A DNA stretch of 36,572 nt. It comes from Jimgerdemannia flammicorona. Taxonomy: Eukaryota. Under the pieces are notes generated by a model. That model made no database searches. It had not been told where the DNA came from and saw only the letters and a list, made by a program, of their open reading frames with translations. Within the stretch, counting starts at the first letter, position 1; the number at the start of each line of letters is the position of its first letter. The stretch is from positions 1 through 36,572 of the forward strand of contig RBNJ01000212.1 of the NCBI GenBank assembly GCA_003990765.1, in the 5' to 3' direction. Positions 1-12,024 of the stretch are shown piece after piece. Made by a program: the position numbers and the translations under genes.

Positions 1-243
1 TACAAGTTTGCTAGCTATGAGAGGGTGGCTAAGTAATAAATGAGTCATTTGGACTTTGTCGAAACATTTAGACAATGTCTAAATGCTATGCTAAATCGGG
101 GTATTCGATTTGGATAATGTCTAAGAATTTAGACAATGTCGAAATCGAGGACTGCTAGCTATAAGGCTATACTACTTTGGGAATGGGTGCGATCAAGTGT
201 CTATTCCCTATTTCCTTCTTCCAAATTCGGCTGTACTGTCACA
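1..243 (-). repeat. LTR, family L3 (cut by window edge); same family as 33167-33643
   Basis: Near-identical to 33382-33643 and ends at the same ...GTCACA terminus. Not followed by a PPT, so it is a solo or 5' LTR inserted into a dUTPase sequence. Confidence 0.85.
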
Positions 244-553
244 GTAGCTAAAGAAGTTATAGACCAAAGATTTAAAGGCAAAATAAAAGTTCTGCTATAC
301 AATACTGAACAGAAGATAGTTGAAATTATCTGTAGAAAATGAATTATCTAAGCCATTATTGAGATAATATATAATAACCTTGAAGTCAAAGAAACAAACA
401 AACTGTTATCCTCTGATAGAGGAGAAAAAATTCAGATCAATAAAAAAGTACTCTGATAAAATCAAGGAGAAGACTAAGATATAAAAGATTATCTATATTT
501 AAAAACCTCAAGACTGAGACTAGAAATGATATCAGTATATTGCTGATAGATAT

Positions 554-2053
554 TATAACAGTGACTCCAGAATGATGACATTAGTACAGAAGACAGTCTT
601 TTCTTACAAGCCATCAGATTGGAGCACAAGAAGATCATATGGCATACAAGATGAGCAATGATGACCAACTGTGAGTCATTGTGACCACAGTACAAGCATC
701 CTGAGGAATATAAAAGAAGGATCAAGAAACTACAGTAACAGCAACCAATAAGACCCACTAATCCCAAAATAGCTCAAAGACTCACTATAAACAAAATGCC
801 TACTGCTCACCAAACCTCAAGGTCAAGGAACCACCAAGGCACCTCAGTCAAAGAAAAGATGTTCCAAGACATCAGAAGAGCCATGAGGACCTGCTCAAGA
901 AGGACTCCTAGTGACAACCTGGGTACTAGTGACCCTTATCACTATATCCTCTACCACTGTAAAATGGAAACCAGGATCACCATTGCTACCAAATGCCTCC
1001 AAATGTGGCAGGAATATGAAATAGGAATCCTCCTTTGCCAGGAGTTCCCACAGGTCGGCACTCAAGAGCTACAAGATATTACTTCTATAGATATATGCAA
1101 AATAAGGACAGCTAAGAAGATCCATCAGATCTTCAGGCATACACCATGGTCAATCCCCAACTTAGAGTATGTCAGAGTCTCAGATTTCAGAGACCTATCA
1201 TCCTGCCATATCAATGCACTAGAAGCCAGGGTGGCTACAGAAGCCCAGTTCACTATCACCCTCAATAGTGATGAAGTAGAAGACTTCTGGTATCCCATCC
1301 TTTAGGACAACCCAGACCAATTCCTACAAGGATTGATCTCAGTATTCCAAGGCCCAAGCATCCAGGTTAGACCTCTCCAAGACCCCACATTTGTTCTCTA
1401 TTTTGTGGAAGAGAACCTCATAGACTGGAGAGTTCCAGATCTCCTTGTTCCTGATTTCTCCATCACTGAATATGATGACATCATCAGCAATGATGTCATC
1501 CTGCACAACCTACATGACCTTGATGAAATGTTTGCAGACCTCATCTCCTTCAAAGATATCCTGACCTCTGATGATGAGGATGAAGCCCCCATGGTCCTGA
1601 ACATTCTGCTCTAAGTTTCTTATTATACTGAGTAATACCAGCACCAGCATTTAATGTAACACTGAATAATATCAGCACTGGTATTCTGATATAATACCAA
1701 ATCATACCAGCATCTTGAACCTATACAACCATCAGTGCTGACCCTGGAACTTAGCAGTTTTTCCTATCCTGGCATTTTATTTTAGTATCTTAACAACTAT
1801 TGAATTATATTTTGTATAAATACCCCTCTTATTTCCTCTGGAATAAATTTAGTTCCAGTTTCACTTATACACACTTTCTTGCAAGCAATCTAAGAGATAC
1901 CAAGACAGTTTCAAGATAAGAAGTTTGAGGACTATAAGACCTTGGGAAGGTACTTCAATAAGAACTTGTTTATAACAAACTTGAGTTAGTCTAAGAGATA
2001 CACCTTGAAGAGAATCTGGTATATTTGAAAGACTCAGTAACTACTATGTGATA
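554..2053 (+). repeat. Oversized (1500 bp) solo LTR, family L1, containing an ORF
   Basis: Termini TATAAC...TGTGATA (mutated TG..CA; other copies read TGTAAT and TGTGACA). ATAT on both flanks. TATAAATA at 1815-1822. Homologous to 20821-22370, where it directly follows a PPT. Confidence 0.85.
796..1614 (+). pseudogene. LTR(U3)-encoded accessory ORF, ~272 codons, unknown function
   Basis: ORFs 796-1305 and 1333-1614 are one frame separated by a single TAG (CAG in copy 20821-22370). Frame conserved in three LTR copies; acidic C-terminus. Frame may extend upstream to an ATG at 658. Confidence 0.75.
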
Positions 2054-4534
2054 ATATATATATCTCTGCAGAATGATATCCTTATAAAATTAAGATATAC
2101 TATTTTGAATATATAGGAGAATATATTATATATATCCTCAAATTCAAAAAGTACAAGTCAATTATCCCAGAATAATGAGATGAAGAAATCAAGAATATCA
2201 ATGATGAAGATAGAGAAGTATAAGATTAGAAAAAAGAAACTACCTCAGAAATAATTACTGTCTAGCAAGAAGATATATAATATAGAATATATCTGCTTCT
2301 AAGAGAAAATCAAAGGAAATCCTATTGAAGTCCTTATTGATAGTAGAGTAAGTAAGTACTATCTTGACAAAAAAACTGCTAACAAATTTCACCTCAAGAT
2401 ATAGAGAAACTCAGAAAAAAACATTATTATATTTGAAAATAGAATAATATAGAAACTCTTCAAGATATATAAAAATACACTCCAACATATCTGGATATTA
2501 CTAAATTTATATAAAAAAGAAAGATATCTCCAAGACAGTTTTTTGAATAAGATTTAAATACTATAAATTTTATATAATACTATTTGGTCTCACTAATGTA
2601 CTGATAATCTTCTAAATACTAATAAATAATATTTTTTATAAATATCTTAGAGTATTCATTTCAGTCTATCTGGATGACATTCTGGTATATAGTATAAGTA
2701 ATATTATCTACCAATAATACCAACAAATGGTTTTTAACATACTCTATAAATATAAGCTCTAAGTAAAAAAAAGAAATATTACTTCTTTAAGAAAAAAATT
2801 GAATATATAGGACATATATATTATCTCAGAAAATAGTATTACTATTAATCTTAAGAAGATCCAAGCAATCTGCAATTAATCTATCTTAAAGACTCTTAAG
2901 TTTCTATAAGAACTAGCAGAATATTATAAGAGATTTATTTAAAAATTCTCTGCAATTATCTCTTTACTTACAAGTTTTACCAGAAAGAGAGCTAATATTG
3001 AAAAAGAATAGACAGAAAGATGCACTATAGTCATGAATACTCTTAAGAGAATGCTGACTAATGTATCAATTTTAATTAGTTCTAATCTAACCAGACTTTT
3101 TATAATTATTACTAATATTTTAAATATTATTATTAAAGCTATTTAATTAGTTCCAATCTAACCAGACTCTTTGTAATTATCACTGATATTTTAAATATTA
3201 TCATTAGAGCTGTCTTGACTTAATATAAATACTTTATTGTCTACTTGTCCCAGAAACTTAACAAATATAAAAGAAATTATATTATATATGATAAGAACTC
3301 CTCACTATCATCCAATCTCTATAAGTATAGAGCTATTTTCTTTTTAGCAAAATATTTACCTTATAGACAGACCATTAAGCCCTTTAATATATCTAGATAC
3401 AATCAATTATTATAGAAAAACAGATCTGATAGATATAGATCCTTATACTCTTTGATGTTAAAATTAAGCATATTACTAAAACTAGCTGATATACTCTTCT
3501 AGAGTACTCAGAAAGATGATCTTACTATAATTAGCAATATCATTATCAGCCTATTTGAAGAAGTTAAGAAAGAGTATACCAAGAATGCTAAGATATAAGA
3601 AATTACTAAAAAAATCTTCAAAAAAGATAGTAATATTATAAAGAAGATCTATAAAAATATATCTGTCTAAAATAGATATATATATCTTAATAATATAAAA
3701 ATTTGAGTTTCTGACATCTCTATCTGCTTATAAATCCTACAAAGATTATATGATATATTTATAGCTAGATATATGAGATTTGATAAGATATACCAACATA
3801 TTATCTGAGACTTTTACTGGTCCAAAATGATATCTGATATCAAGAATTATATTATATCCTATGATATCTATCAAAGATATAAGCCTAGCAACTAGATACT
3901 AGCTGGTATACTATAGTTACTACTAATTCTTATCTGAAATTAGAACTATATCAGAATGGACTTTATTGTTCAATTACTAAAAACTAAAAAAAGAGATGTA
4001 ATTATTGTTTTTATTAATCATCTCAGTAAGTAGGTCTACTTTGTTGTAACAACTATTACTATAATAGTACTAGAAACAGTACAGCTATTATTGATAATAT
4101 ATTCTATTTTCACAGACTATCATCAGTAATTATCTCAGACTGAGATATAAAATTTATAAGCAATTTTTGATAAGTACTCTTCAAGAGCCTAGAAGTATAA
4201 CTAAAAATATCTATAGCATATTATTAAACTTATATAAGAACTTGAAAACTATATTGTTTAATTTTAATTTTCTCTAGAAGTCTCACTTATCTCATCTCTA
4301 TCTAGATCAGCAGACTCTCTAAGCTCAGCATCTTCAAGAATATCAAGAATTATATCTATATTTCAGAGCTTAAGTATCTATCTCTTAACTTCTAGCTTAC
4401 TTAAATTTATTTTATATAGATAAAGTTACTATCTAATTACTATCTAGATAATTATAAAATATATATATAGTAAGGCTAATTTAGAGAAGATGTGACTAAA
4501 TATTCCTTATAGAATAGGTGTTTCTTTATAGAGT

Positions 4535-5750
4535 TTTTTGTTTTTTGTTTTTTGTTTTTTTTTTTTTTTTTTTTTTGTTTTACAGACTCAGAGTTCTACA
4601 GATTTTTATTAGAAGGGAACCTAGACTATATAGGCCAAAACCCTCCCCTACTACCCATTAAGTACTACTCTTCCATTAATCTAGACTAGCTATTGTTCAG
4701 TAGCTTAACTATGCCAGGCACAGCAGGGCCTATAGTGACCCATACCTTATTCTATATACCATACTCTTTCTACCATCAAGGAGAACTCAGCCATATACCA
4801 ACGACTGAAAGCATACACCTGAGATCCTAATATATATATAAAGCCATGCCTGAGCTAAATAGAATAGCCCCTACTACTCCAAAGAGAATGACAGGCAAAG
4901 AAAAACCCTCATCAAAGTATATCACAGTAGATAGAGCCTAGTTCTCTCAGTCAAGGTGAGTAAAGGACTTATATATGAGACAGGAGGAGACCCTCAATAT
5001 CCCACTACTCAAGCCTGCAGACCTTGATCATATTGCTATGTCAGCTCTCAATTCTAGTTGAGTATAGTCAAGATGCCTAAAATGGGTAGTCTTGGGCCCC
5101 CCAACTGTCTCCAATAACTGGGGCCCAACCTGCTGAATCACCAAAAGAAGCCAAGAGTGACACCTACTACCTAACTGCTTCACACTAATCAAAAGGCCCC
5201 ACCAAAGCAGCACCTGCCTCAGCCCCAATAACCACCTCTAGCCTGGCATCCTACTGGTTCACCATAATTACCCTTTCTCTTATCTGTAATAGCAATCTCC
5301 CCTCCTATCCCAATATCACCCAAAAAACAGTCACCTATACCAGAACCACACTTACTGGAAAGCTTACCAAAGCCAGAGGGCCTCACTACAGATACTGAGG
5401 ACCTATAAGTAACCTATACTGGATACTTGATATCCAAGGTCAGCTGACTCTCTATATAACCTGTGACATACTGAGACAATACCTTATTGGTGATAGCAAA
5501 AGGAAGAAAGTACTGTACCAAACTAAATATACTCCAGATACAGCCAAAGGCATCAGAAACTGTGAAAAAGTGGAGAAGACACTGATTAGACATTAATAAA
5601 GAGATAACTCATCACCACTGCCTCCCTCCTACTACCCTGCAATAGGTACAGTAAACCAACCTAAGGTAGAGGAAGTAATAATTGTGGAAAGTGGACTCAG
5701 AAGATTGCCTACCAAACCATTATGACTGGTAAGGTAGTGAAGAAAGGTAT
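4535..5750 (-). mobile_element. Non-autonomous poly(A) retroposon, ~1.2 kb, copy 1 (most degenerate)
   Basis: (T6G)n/poly-T tract at the left end; colinear with 10806-12024 and 30135-31311; same 5' end. TSD only degenerate (TATAGAGT/TATGGAGT). Confidence 0.85.
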
Positions 5751-6317
5751 GATATATGGAGTATTTCTTATAGAATGAGTATTTCTTCAGAGATTAGTAT
5801 ATTATATCTGATTATTTATATAAATTAGTAATATATATATATATATAGTAACTATGTAAGATAACTATGCTAAGTATTCTTTATATATTATCTAACTATA
5901 CTTATCATATTAGAAAATATAAAAGCTCATTATTTGCAATCTGCTCTTTGTCAAGTATAATAATTATAATAAACTATAATAAAGCTATAAATTCCAATTT
6001 GCTATTATTATTAATAATTGAAATTTATATTGGAAATTTATAATTAATATTATTTATCTCCTTATATATATATCTTCTTTTATATCTCTATTATCTATCA
6101 ACTACTTCAGAATAATCTCAATTACTTCAATATATAGGTATTATTATTATTACTATTCCATATGAAGAGTAGAATTTATAATTAATAATATTGTATAATC
6201 TATCTCTTTCTCATTTTTCTATTGCCTATTGACTACTATCTACAGGGTGATATTTTACATACTATTTTCATTAGTCTGAAAGATAAATCCAATATAATCC
6301 TCAATTAGTAAGTAGTA

Positions 6318-6606
6318 GGAATTCTTCTAATATAGGTCTTTATAACTCTTTTGATATCTTAGAATATTCTTTCTTAGACTGAGAAGTCTTGGTGGTTCCT
6401 GGATCTTATAGTTTAGTGAGTAGCAGATATTTTGTTTATAGTGAGTCTTTTGAACTATTTCAGATTTTTGTAAGTCTTATTGGAGTTGCTACTACTGTGG
6501 TTTTCTGAGTAAGTTATACTATATGATCTTCTTATACTCTGATCTAGTAGCTTGTAAGGAAAGGCTATCTTCTATAATGATATCACCATTCTGAGATCAC
6601 TGTTAT
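6318..6606 (-). repeat. 5' fragment of an L1-family LTR; terminus split by the chromovirus insertion
   Basis: Reverse complement matches ~555-910; the terminal base resumes at 14282 after the GTTAT duplication. Confidence 0.75.
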
Positions 6607-7070
6607 TATAATAATTTCATAGTCATATTTAGTCTTAGTATATTTTTATATTTTTTAGTTAGTCTTTTTTTGTTATTTCTTGAATATTCTACTATATTCC
6701 ACTACCTTCTACTTGCTTAGAAACTTTCTCTCAGTATCCAGATACTACTAGAACATTTTTGTCTTTCCTTGACACTAAGTATCTTATCTTAGCTAGTTAT
6801 GAAACCTTTTGAAATATTGTAGAATAGTATTAGTCAACTTTGCCAAGAACCTATTTCTTGATATTTCTCTTTCTTTTGAAGATTCTTTTGGATCTTTCTT
6901 TCAGATTATATATAAATATCTTTATTCTCTGTCTAAATAAAGCTTAGAATATTTTCTCTCAGAAATCCTTTAAGAACACTTGAATCTTTAAGTATCTCTT
7001 TGAGCTACTTTAGGTCAATTAGGACTTCCAGATTAAGCTGCTTCCTCTTAAAGAAACTAGAACTGTTATA
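6607..7070 (+). repeat. 5' LTR, family L2
   Basis: Direct repeat of 13813-14276; differences are mostly transitions; termini mutated to TATA..TATA. Confidence 0.95.
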
Positions 7071-8126
7071 CTTGATAGCAGTAGTGTCATTATATCTCAC
7101 CTTCTTACACAAATTTGAAAAACAGTTACAACTAGTTATATAAATCTAAAATGAGCTATGAAGAGTCAGTCTATCAGCCAGACCCCTCTGCTACAGAAGA
7201 AGCAAGAGAACTGTAAGTTGGTATAGAAGATATGCTCACCACTATAGCCCACTAAATCTAAGAACTTTAAGTATAACTAGAACAGCAAAGAATAAGAACT
7301 GTGAGTATATTATATTCTACTATAGCATCAGTTAGTTTCAAGCTACTCAAGTCTAATATCTTTAATAGTCATTAAGGAGAACTATCTACAGATACATAGA
7401 TCTTCTAGTTGGACCAATACTTTAAACTCACAAGAATGGAAGAAGATATGCAAGTCTAATTTACTATCACACTTCTCTGGGGAAATACAGCCATCTGATA
7501 GTATAATTATATTATGACTATATCTATATACTCATATGCATAAATCAGAGACTGAGAAGCTTTCAAGAGAGCTCTTTACAAGCAGTTTAAGCCTACTAAT
7601 ACCACCAAGCTAGCCAGAGACAAGCTAGTAAATATCAAGTAACTTAAGTTGATACAAAGCTATAATATACAATTCTTGTTAATCCTACTTGAGCTACTAG
7701 CAATATCTGAGGACAAAAAGATAGACTGCTATGTCTGAGGCCTAAAGGGAAACACACAAGTTAAGGTTGAGCTAGAAGAACCCAAAAACCTTGATGAAGC
7801 TATGAGAATTGCCAATAGGTTTGATGTCATCACCTTTGGTAACTACTTTGAACCAGAACACTATAAGAAGAACCACTTTGAGAACTGCCACAAGAACCAA
7901 CTAAGAATAGTTGGCCTGGTATCAATGGACTTAGACACCATAAATAAAAAGAACACTAAGCTCATTCCTGAAGAAAAGGACTATCTAAAGAAATCTGGAA
8001 CCTGTTTTTTCTATTACCAAACAGGACATATTGCAACCAAATGTCCTAAGAAGACTAGTGAACCCTCAAGACCAGTCACCATATTGTCCAAAGATACACC
8101 TACCAACCCCACTACCAGTCAACCTG

Positions 8127-8540
8127 AGCTCAAGATCAAGAAGCTTCATCTGAAGACTCAGACCCCTCAATATCAAATAGAAAAAGCCATTAGTTTTGAC
8201 CTACACTCTGTCAAACAAGTCACTATTCCAACTAAGGGCTAAACTCTGATGCCTATTAGAATTGCAGTTCAATGTCCTGAAGGACATTATGCCAGAATTA
8301 TATCACAATCAGGACTTAGTATTAAATATCATTTAGATATAGATGCTGGTATCATTGATCCAGACTTTTAAGGACAAGTTCAAGTTCTGCTTATCAACTA
8401 GAAGGATCAAGACTATACAGTCAAGAAAGAAGACCAAGTTACACAAATGATCCTGGAAAAAGCTAGTCAACTCAAGATCACAGAAGTCCAAGAACTCTCT
8501 GAAACTAAACAAGACTAAAAAGGTTTTGGTAGCACTGATC
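8127..8540 (+). pseudogene. Retrotransposon-encoded dUTPase domain
   Basis: Reads KAISFDLHS...PEGHYARIISQSGLS...DAGIIDPDF*GQVQVLLIN...VTQMILE...KGFGST, relics of the five trimeric dUTPase motifs. Confidence 0.9.
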
Positions 8541-8662
8541 AAGCAGTAAGTCTTAGTGAAAATTGAGCTTAAGCTATACTCATTTTCAAAGGCCTAGTCA
8601 AAGGAAAAGAAGTTTAAGTACTCATAGACAGCAGAGCTGCAGGGAACTTCATCAATTAGAAC

Positions 8663-9019
8663 TAGTGCTCCCAAACAAGTCGAATCAATTCAAATCGAAT
8701 CAAAAGTTGAATCGAATTGAGGATCTGATTTGAACCCTAATTTTCAAAATGCAATAACTCAGTGTAAACTCATCCAAATCTAATGTACTTTAGCTTGTTA
8801 GAATTACATTAATATGGTGAATCTAACAAGCTAAAATACATTAAATTTGGATGAGTTTTCGTCGAGTTATTACATTTTGAAAATTAAGGTTTGAATCGAA
8901 CTTCAAATTGAATTGGACCTTTGATTCAATTCAAATTGAATCAAATTGGACCCTTGATTTGATTGAATCAAATCGAGTTTGGGCCAAATTCAATTCAATT
9001 CAATTCGTTGGGAGCACTA
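8663..9019. mobile_element. hAT-type MITE (357 bp) with foldback structure
   Basis: TIR TAGTGCTCCCAA...TTGGGAGCACTA; exact 8-bp TSD ATTAGAAC (8655-8662, 9020-9027); internal long imperfect palindrome; subterminal AATCG/AATTG-like pentamer repeats. Confidence 0.93.
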
Positions 9020-10803
9020 ATTAGAACCTCATTGAAAGCCTCAAGATCCTTATCAAGTCTGTATCCAAGAATAATAGTATAGTTACTGTAGATGGTATAC
9101 TGCACCCCATTGAGTCAATTGCCACCAAACTACCCATCAAGATCTAGAAATATTGAGAGTAAGTAAACTTTGAGATTGTACTACTAGGAGATTATAATCT
9201 GATCCTAGAAAAACTCTGGCTTATAAAATACAACTCAGATATTAATTGGTGTAAGAATGAAGTCACCTTACTTCAAGATAGAGCCAACATCACTATCAAG
9301 ACAGACAAGACCATGAGCAAGACTCAGATTGCAACACTGTCAGCTATATAGTACAAGAGAGTACTCAAAAAGACAATGCATACTTTTATTGTAATGGTCT
9401 GTCCCAAGAAACAAGACAAGAGACTATCAGTCAATGAAAGTATCAAGTTACTGCTAGAAGAATTCAAGAATGTCTTTCCAGATAAGCTACCTAGCCTACC
9501 ACTTATATGAGAAGTTGATCACAAAATCAAACTGACCCCAGGAGCTATACCATCCAAGAAATATATATATCATATATAACTACTTGAAATTGAAGCAGTT
9601 AAGAAAGAACTAGAAGAACTACTTATATAAGGAGCCATCTAGCTAAGAAAATCTCCTTATAGCTTACCAGTCTTATTCATCAAGAAGAAGGATGGTACTC
9701 TGTAGATGTACATAGACTATTGTATACTCAACAAGCTTACTGTTAAGAACTACTACCTACTACCCTTGATTGATCAAATCTTTAATACTCTCAAGAATGC
9801 CAAGTACTTCACCAAGTTGGACCTCATGTCAAGATACTACCAGATTTGAATCAAGCTAGAAGATATTCCCAAGACTGTATTTATGACCCCCTTTGGACTC
9901 TACAAATTCTTGGTCTTAGTATTTAGTCTCACCAATGCACCTACCATATTCCAGACCCTGATGAATAAGATATTCAAGAACCAACTATTTATTTTCCTAT
10001 TGGTATATCTCGATGACATTCTGATCTTTAGTATAACTAAAGAAGAATACCTCAAATACATTTGAATAGTCCTGGAGATTCTGCAAAAACATAAGCTTTA
10101 TGTCAAGCTTAAGAAGTACAAATTTTTCAAGGAACAAGTTGAATACCTTGGCCACATTATCTCTGCACAAGGAATTTAAGTAGACTCATACAAGATAGAA
10201 GTAATTGAAGAATGGCCCATTCTGTTAAATCTCACAGAACTCTGATCCTTTCTTGGTCTAGCTGGCTACTACTACTGCTTTGTCAGAAACTTCTCTAATA
10301 TTACTGAGCCACTGACTAACCTCATAAGGAAGGCTCTGCACTCAGACCACTATGTACTCTATACCTAAGACCTCTTCTATCAATAAGTCTTTCAAGAATA
10401 CAAGAACTGTCTGACCTATACTCCAGTCTTATATAATGTAGATCAAGACCTTACCATTGGAGCAGTTCTATTATAAGATAATGGCAAAGGACATCATCTT
10501 ATTACTTTTGAGTCCTATAAGTTAGTCCTGACTAAACAAAAGCTAGCCACTTATGAGAAGGAACTACTGGCAATAATACATACACTAGACTACTAGTGAT
10601 GCTATCTAGAAGATGTTGAGTTTGATATCATCACCAACTATCAATCTCTCAAGTATATCAACACCCAATCTACTCTGTTATATCTATAAGCCAAGTAGAG
10701 TCTCAAGCTTCAAACCTTCAACCCAATAATCATCTACAAGCCTGGCAAGATACTTGTAGTACCAGATATCTTATCAAGATGCTCTGACCTCACCACAATT
10801 ATA

Positions 10804-10805
<2 letters not shown>

Positions 10806-10853
<48 letters not shown>

Positions 10854-12024
10854 TTTTACGGACTCATATCCCATGGATTTTTATTAGAAGAGAACCTAGA
10901 CTATATAGGCCAAAACCCTCCCCCACCACTCACCAAGCACTGTCCCCCTATTAACCTAGGCTAGCTATTGTCCAGCGGCTCAACCATGCTAGGCGCAGCA
11001 GAGCTGATAAGCCTGCACCTCATTCTGTGCACCATGCTCTCCCTACCACCAGGGGAAATCCAACTATACACCAACAACCGAAAGCGCATGCCTGAGAACC
11101 CAATGTATGTACAAGGCCATGCCCGAGCCGAATAGAATAGCCTCTGCTACCCCAAAGAGAATGACAGGCAAATAAAAAACTCTCATCAAAGCACAACATG
11201 GTGGGTAGGGCCTGGTTCTCTCAGTTGAGGTGAGTAAAGGACTTATACATGAGGTGGGAGGAAACCCCCAATACCCCACTACTCAAGCCTGTGGGCCTCG
11301 ATCATGTTGCCATGTCAGTTCCTGGTTCCAGTTGAGTATAGCCAAGATGCCTGAAATGGGTAGCCTCGGGCCTTCTGACCCCCTCTGACGACTGGGGCCC
11401 AACCCCACTGACTGCCAAAAGAAGCTGATAGTGACACCTACCACCTAACCATGCCGCACCAATCAAAAGGCCCCACCGAAGCAGCACCTGCCCTAGCCCC
11501 AATGACTGCCCCCAGTCTGGCACCCTACTAGTTCACCATAATCGCCCTTCCACCTATCTGTGATGGCCATCTCCCCTCCCATCCCGACAACACCTGAAAA
11601 GCAGTCACCTACACCAGAACTGTGCTCGCCAGGAAGCTCACCAAAGCCAGAGGGCCCCACCACAGGCACTGAGGACCTGCAGGTAACCTACACTGAGCAC
11701 TTGATGCCCAAGGTCAGCCAACTCCCTACGTAGCCTGAGACACACCAAGACAACTCCTTGTTGGTGATGACAAAAGGAAGAAGGCACTGCACCAAAATGG
11801 GTACACCCCAGACACAGCTGAAGGCACCAGAATCTGCAAAAAAGTGGAGGAAGCACCAATCCGACACCGATAAAGGGGCAACTCATCACCATTGCCCTCC
11901 TCCCACCATGCCCCTGCAGGCACAGCAAACCAACCCGAGGTAGAGGGGGTAATATTAGGGGAAAGGGGACTTGGAAGGTCGCCTACCAAACCTTGTGACT
12001 AGTAAGGTAGTGGAGAAAGGAGCG
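10806..12024 (-). mobile_element. Non-autonomous poly(A) retroposon, ~1.2 kb, copy 2
   Basis: (TA)n plus poly-T tail; 16-bp TSD TCACCACAATTATATA (10790-10805, 12025-12040); AATAAA near the 3' end; inserted between RNaseH and integrase. Confidence 0.92.

Larger units (their letters stand above)
244..4224 (+). mobile_element. Degenerate Ty3/gypsy pol relic (dUTPase-protease-RT-RNaseH-integrase) interrupted by a solo LTR at 554-2053
   Basis: 244-440 reads VAKEVIDQRFKGKIKVLLYN...SSDRGEK (dUTPase C-half). SVYLDDILVYS near 2660-2690 (RT). RNaseH-like near 3150-3500. Integrase-like 3700-4224 ending at LKISIAY. Many stops. Confidence 0.8.

Noticed and set aside
796..1614. Accessory ORFs as env
   Set aside because: No signal peptide, furin site or transmembrane segment, and short for an envelope protein.
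3070..3211. ~70-bp tandem duplication in the pol relic
   Set aside because: Local duplication in dead sequence with no functional implication.
11064..11989. Short ORFs conserved between retroposon copies
   Set aside because: Conservation reflects recent duplication; present on both strands with no recognisable domain.
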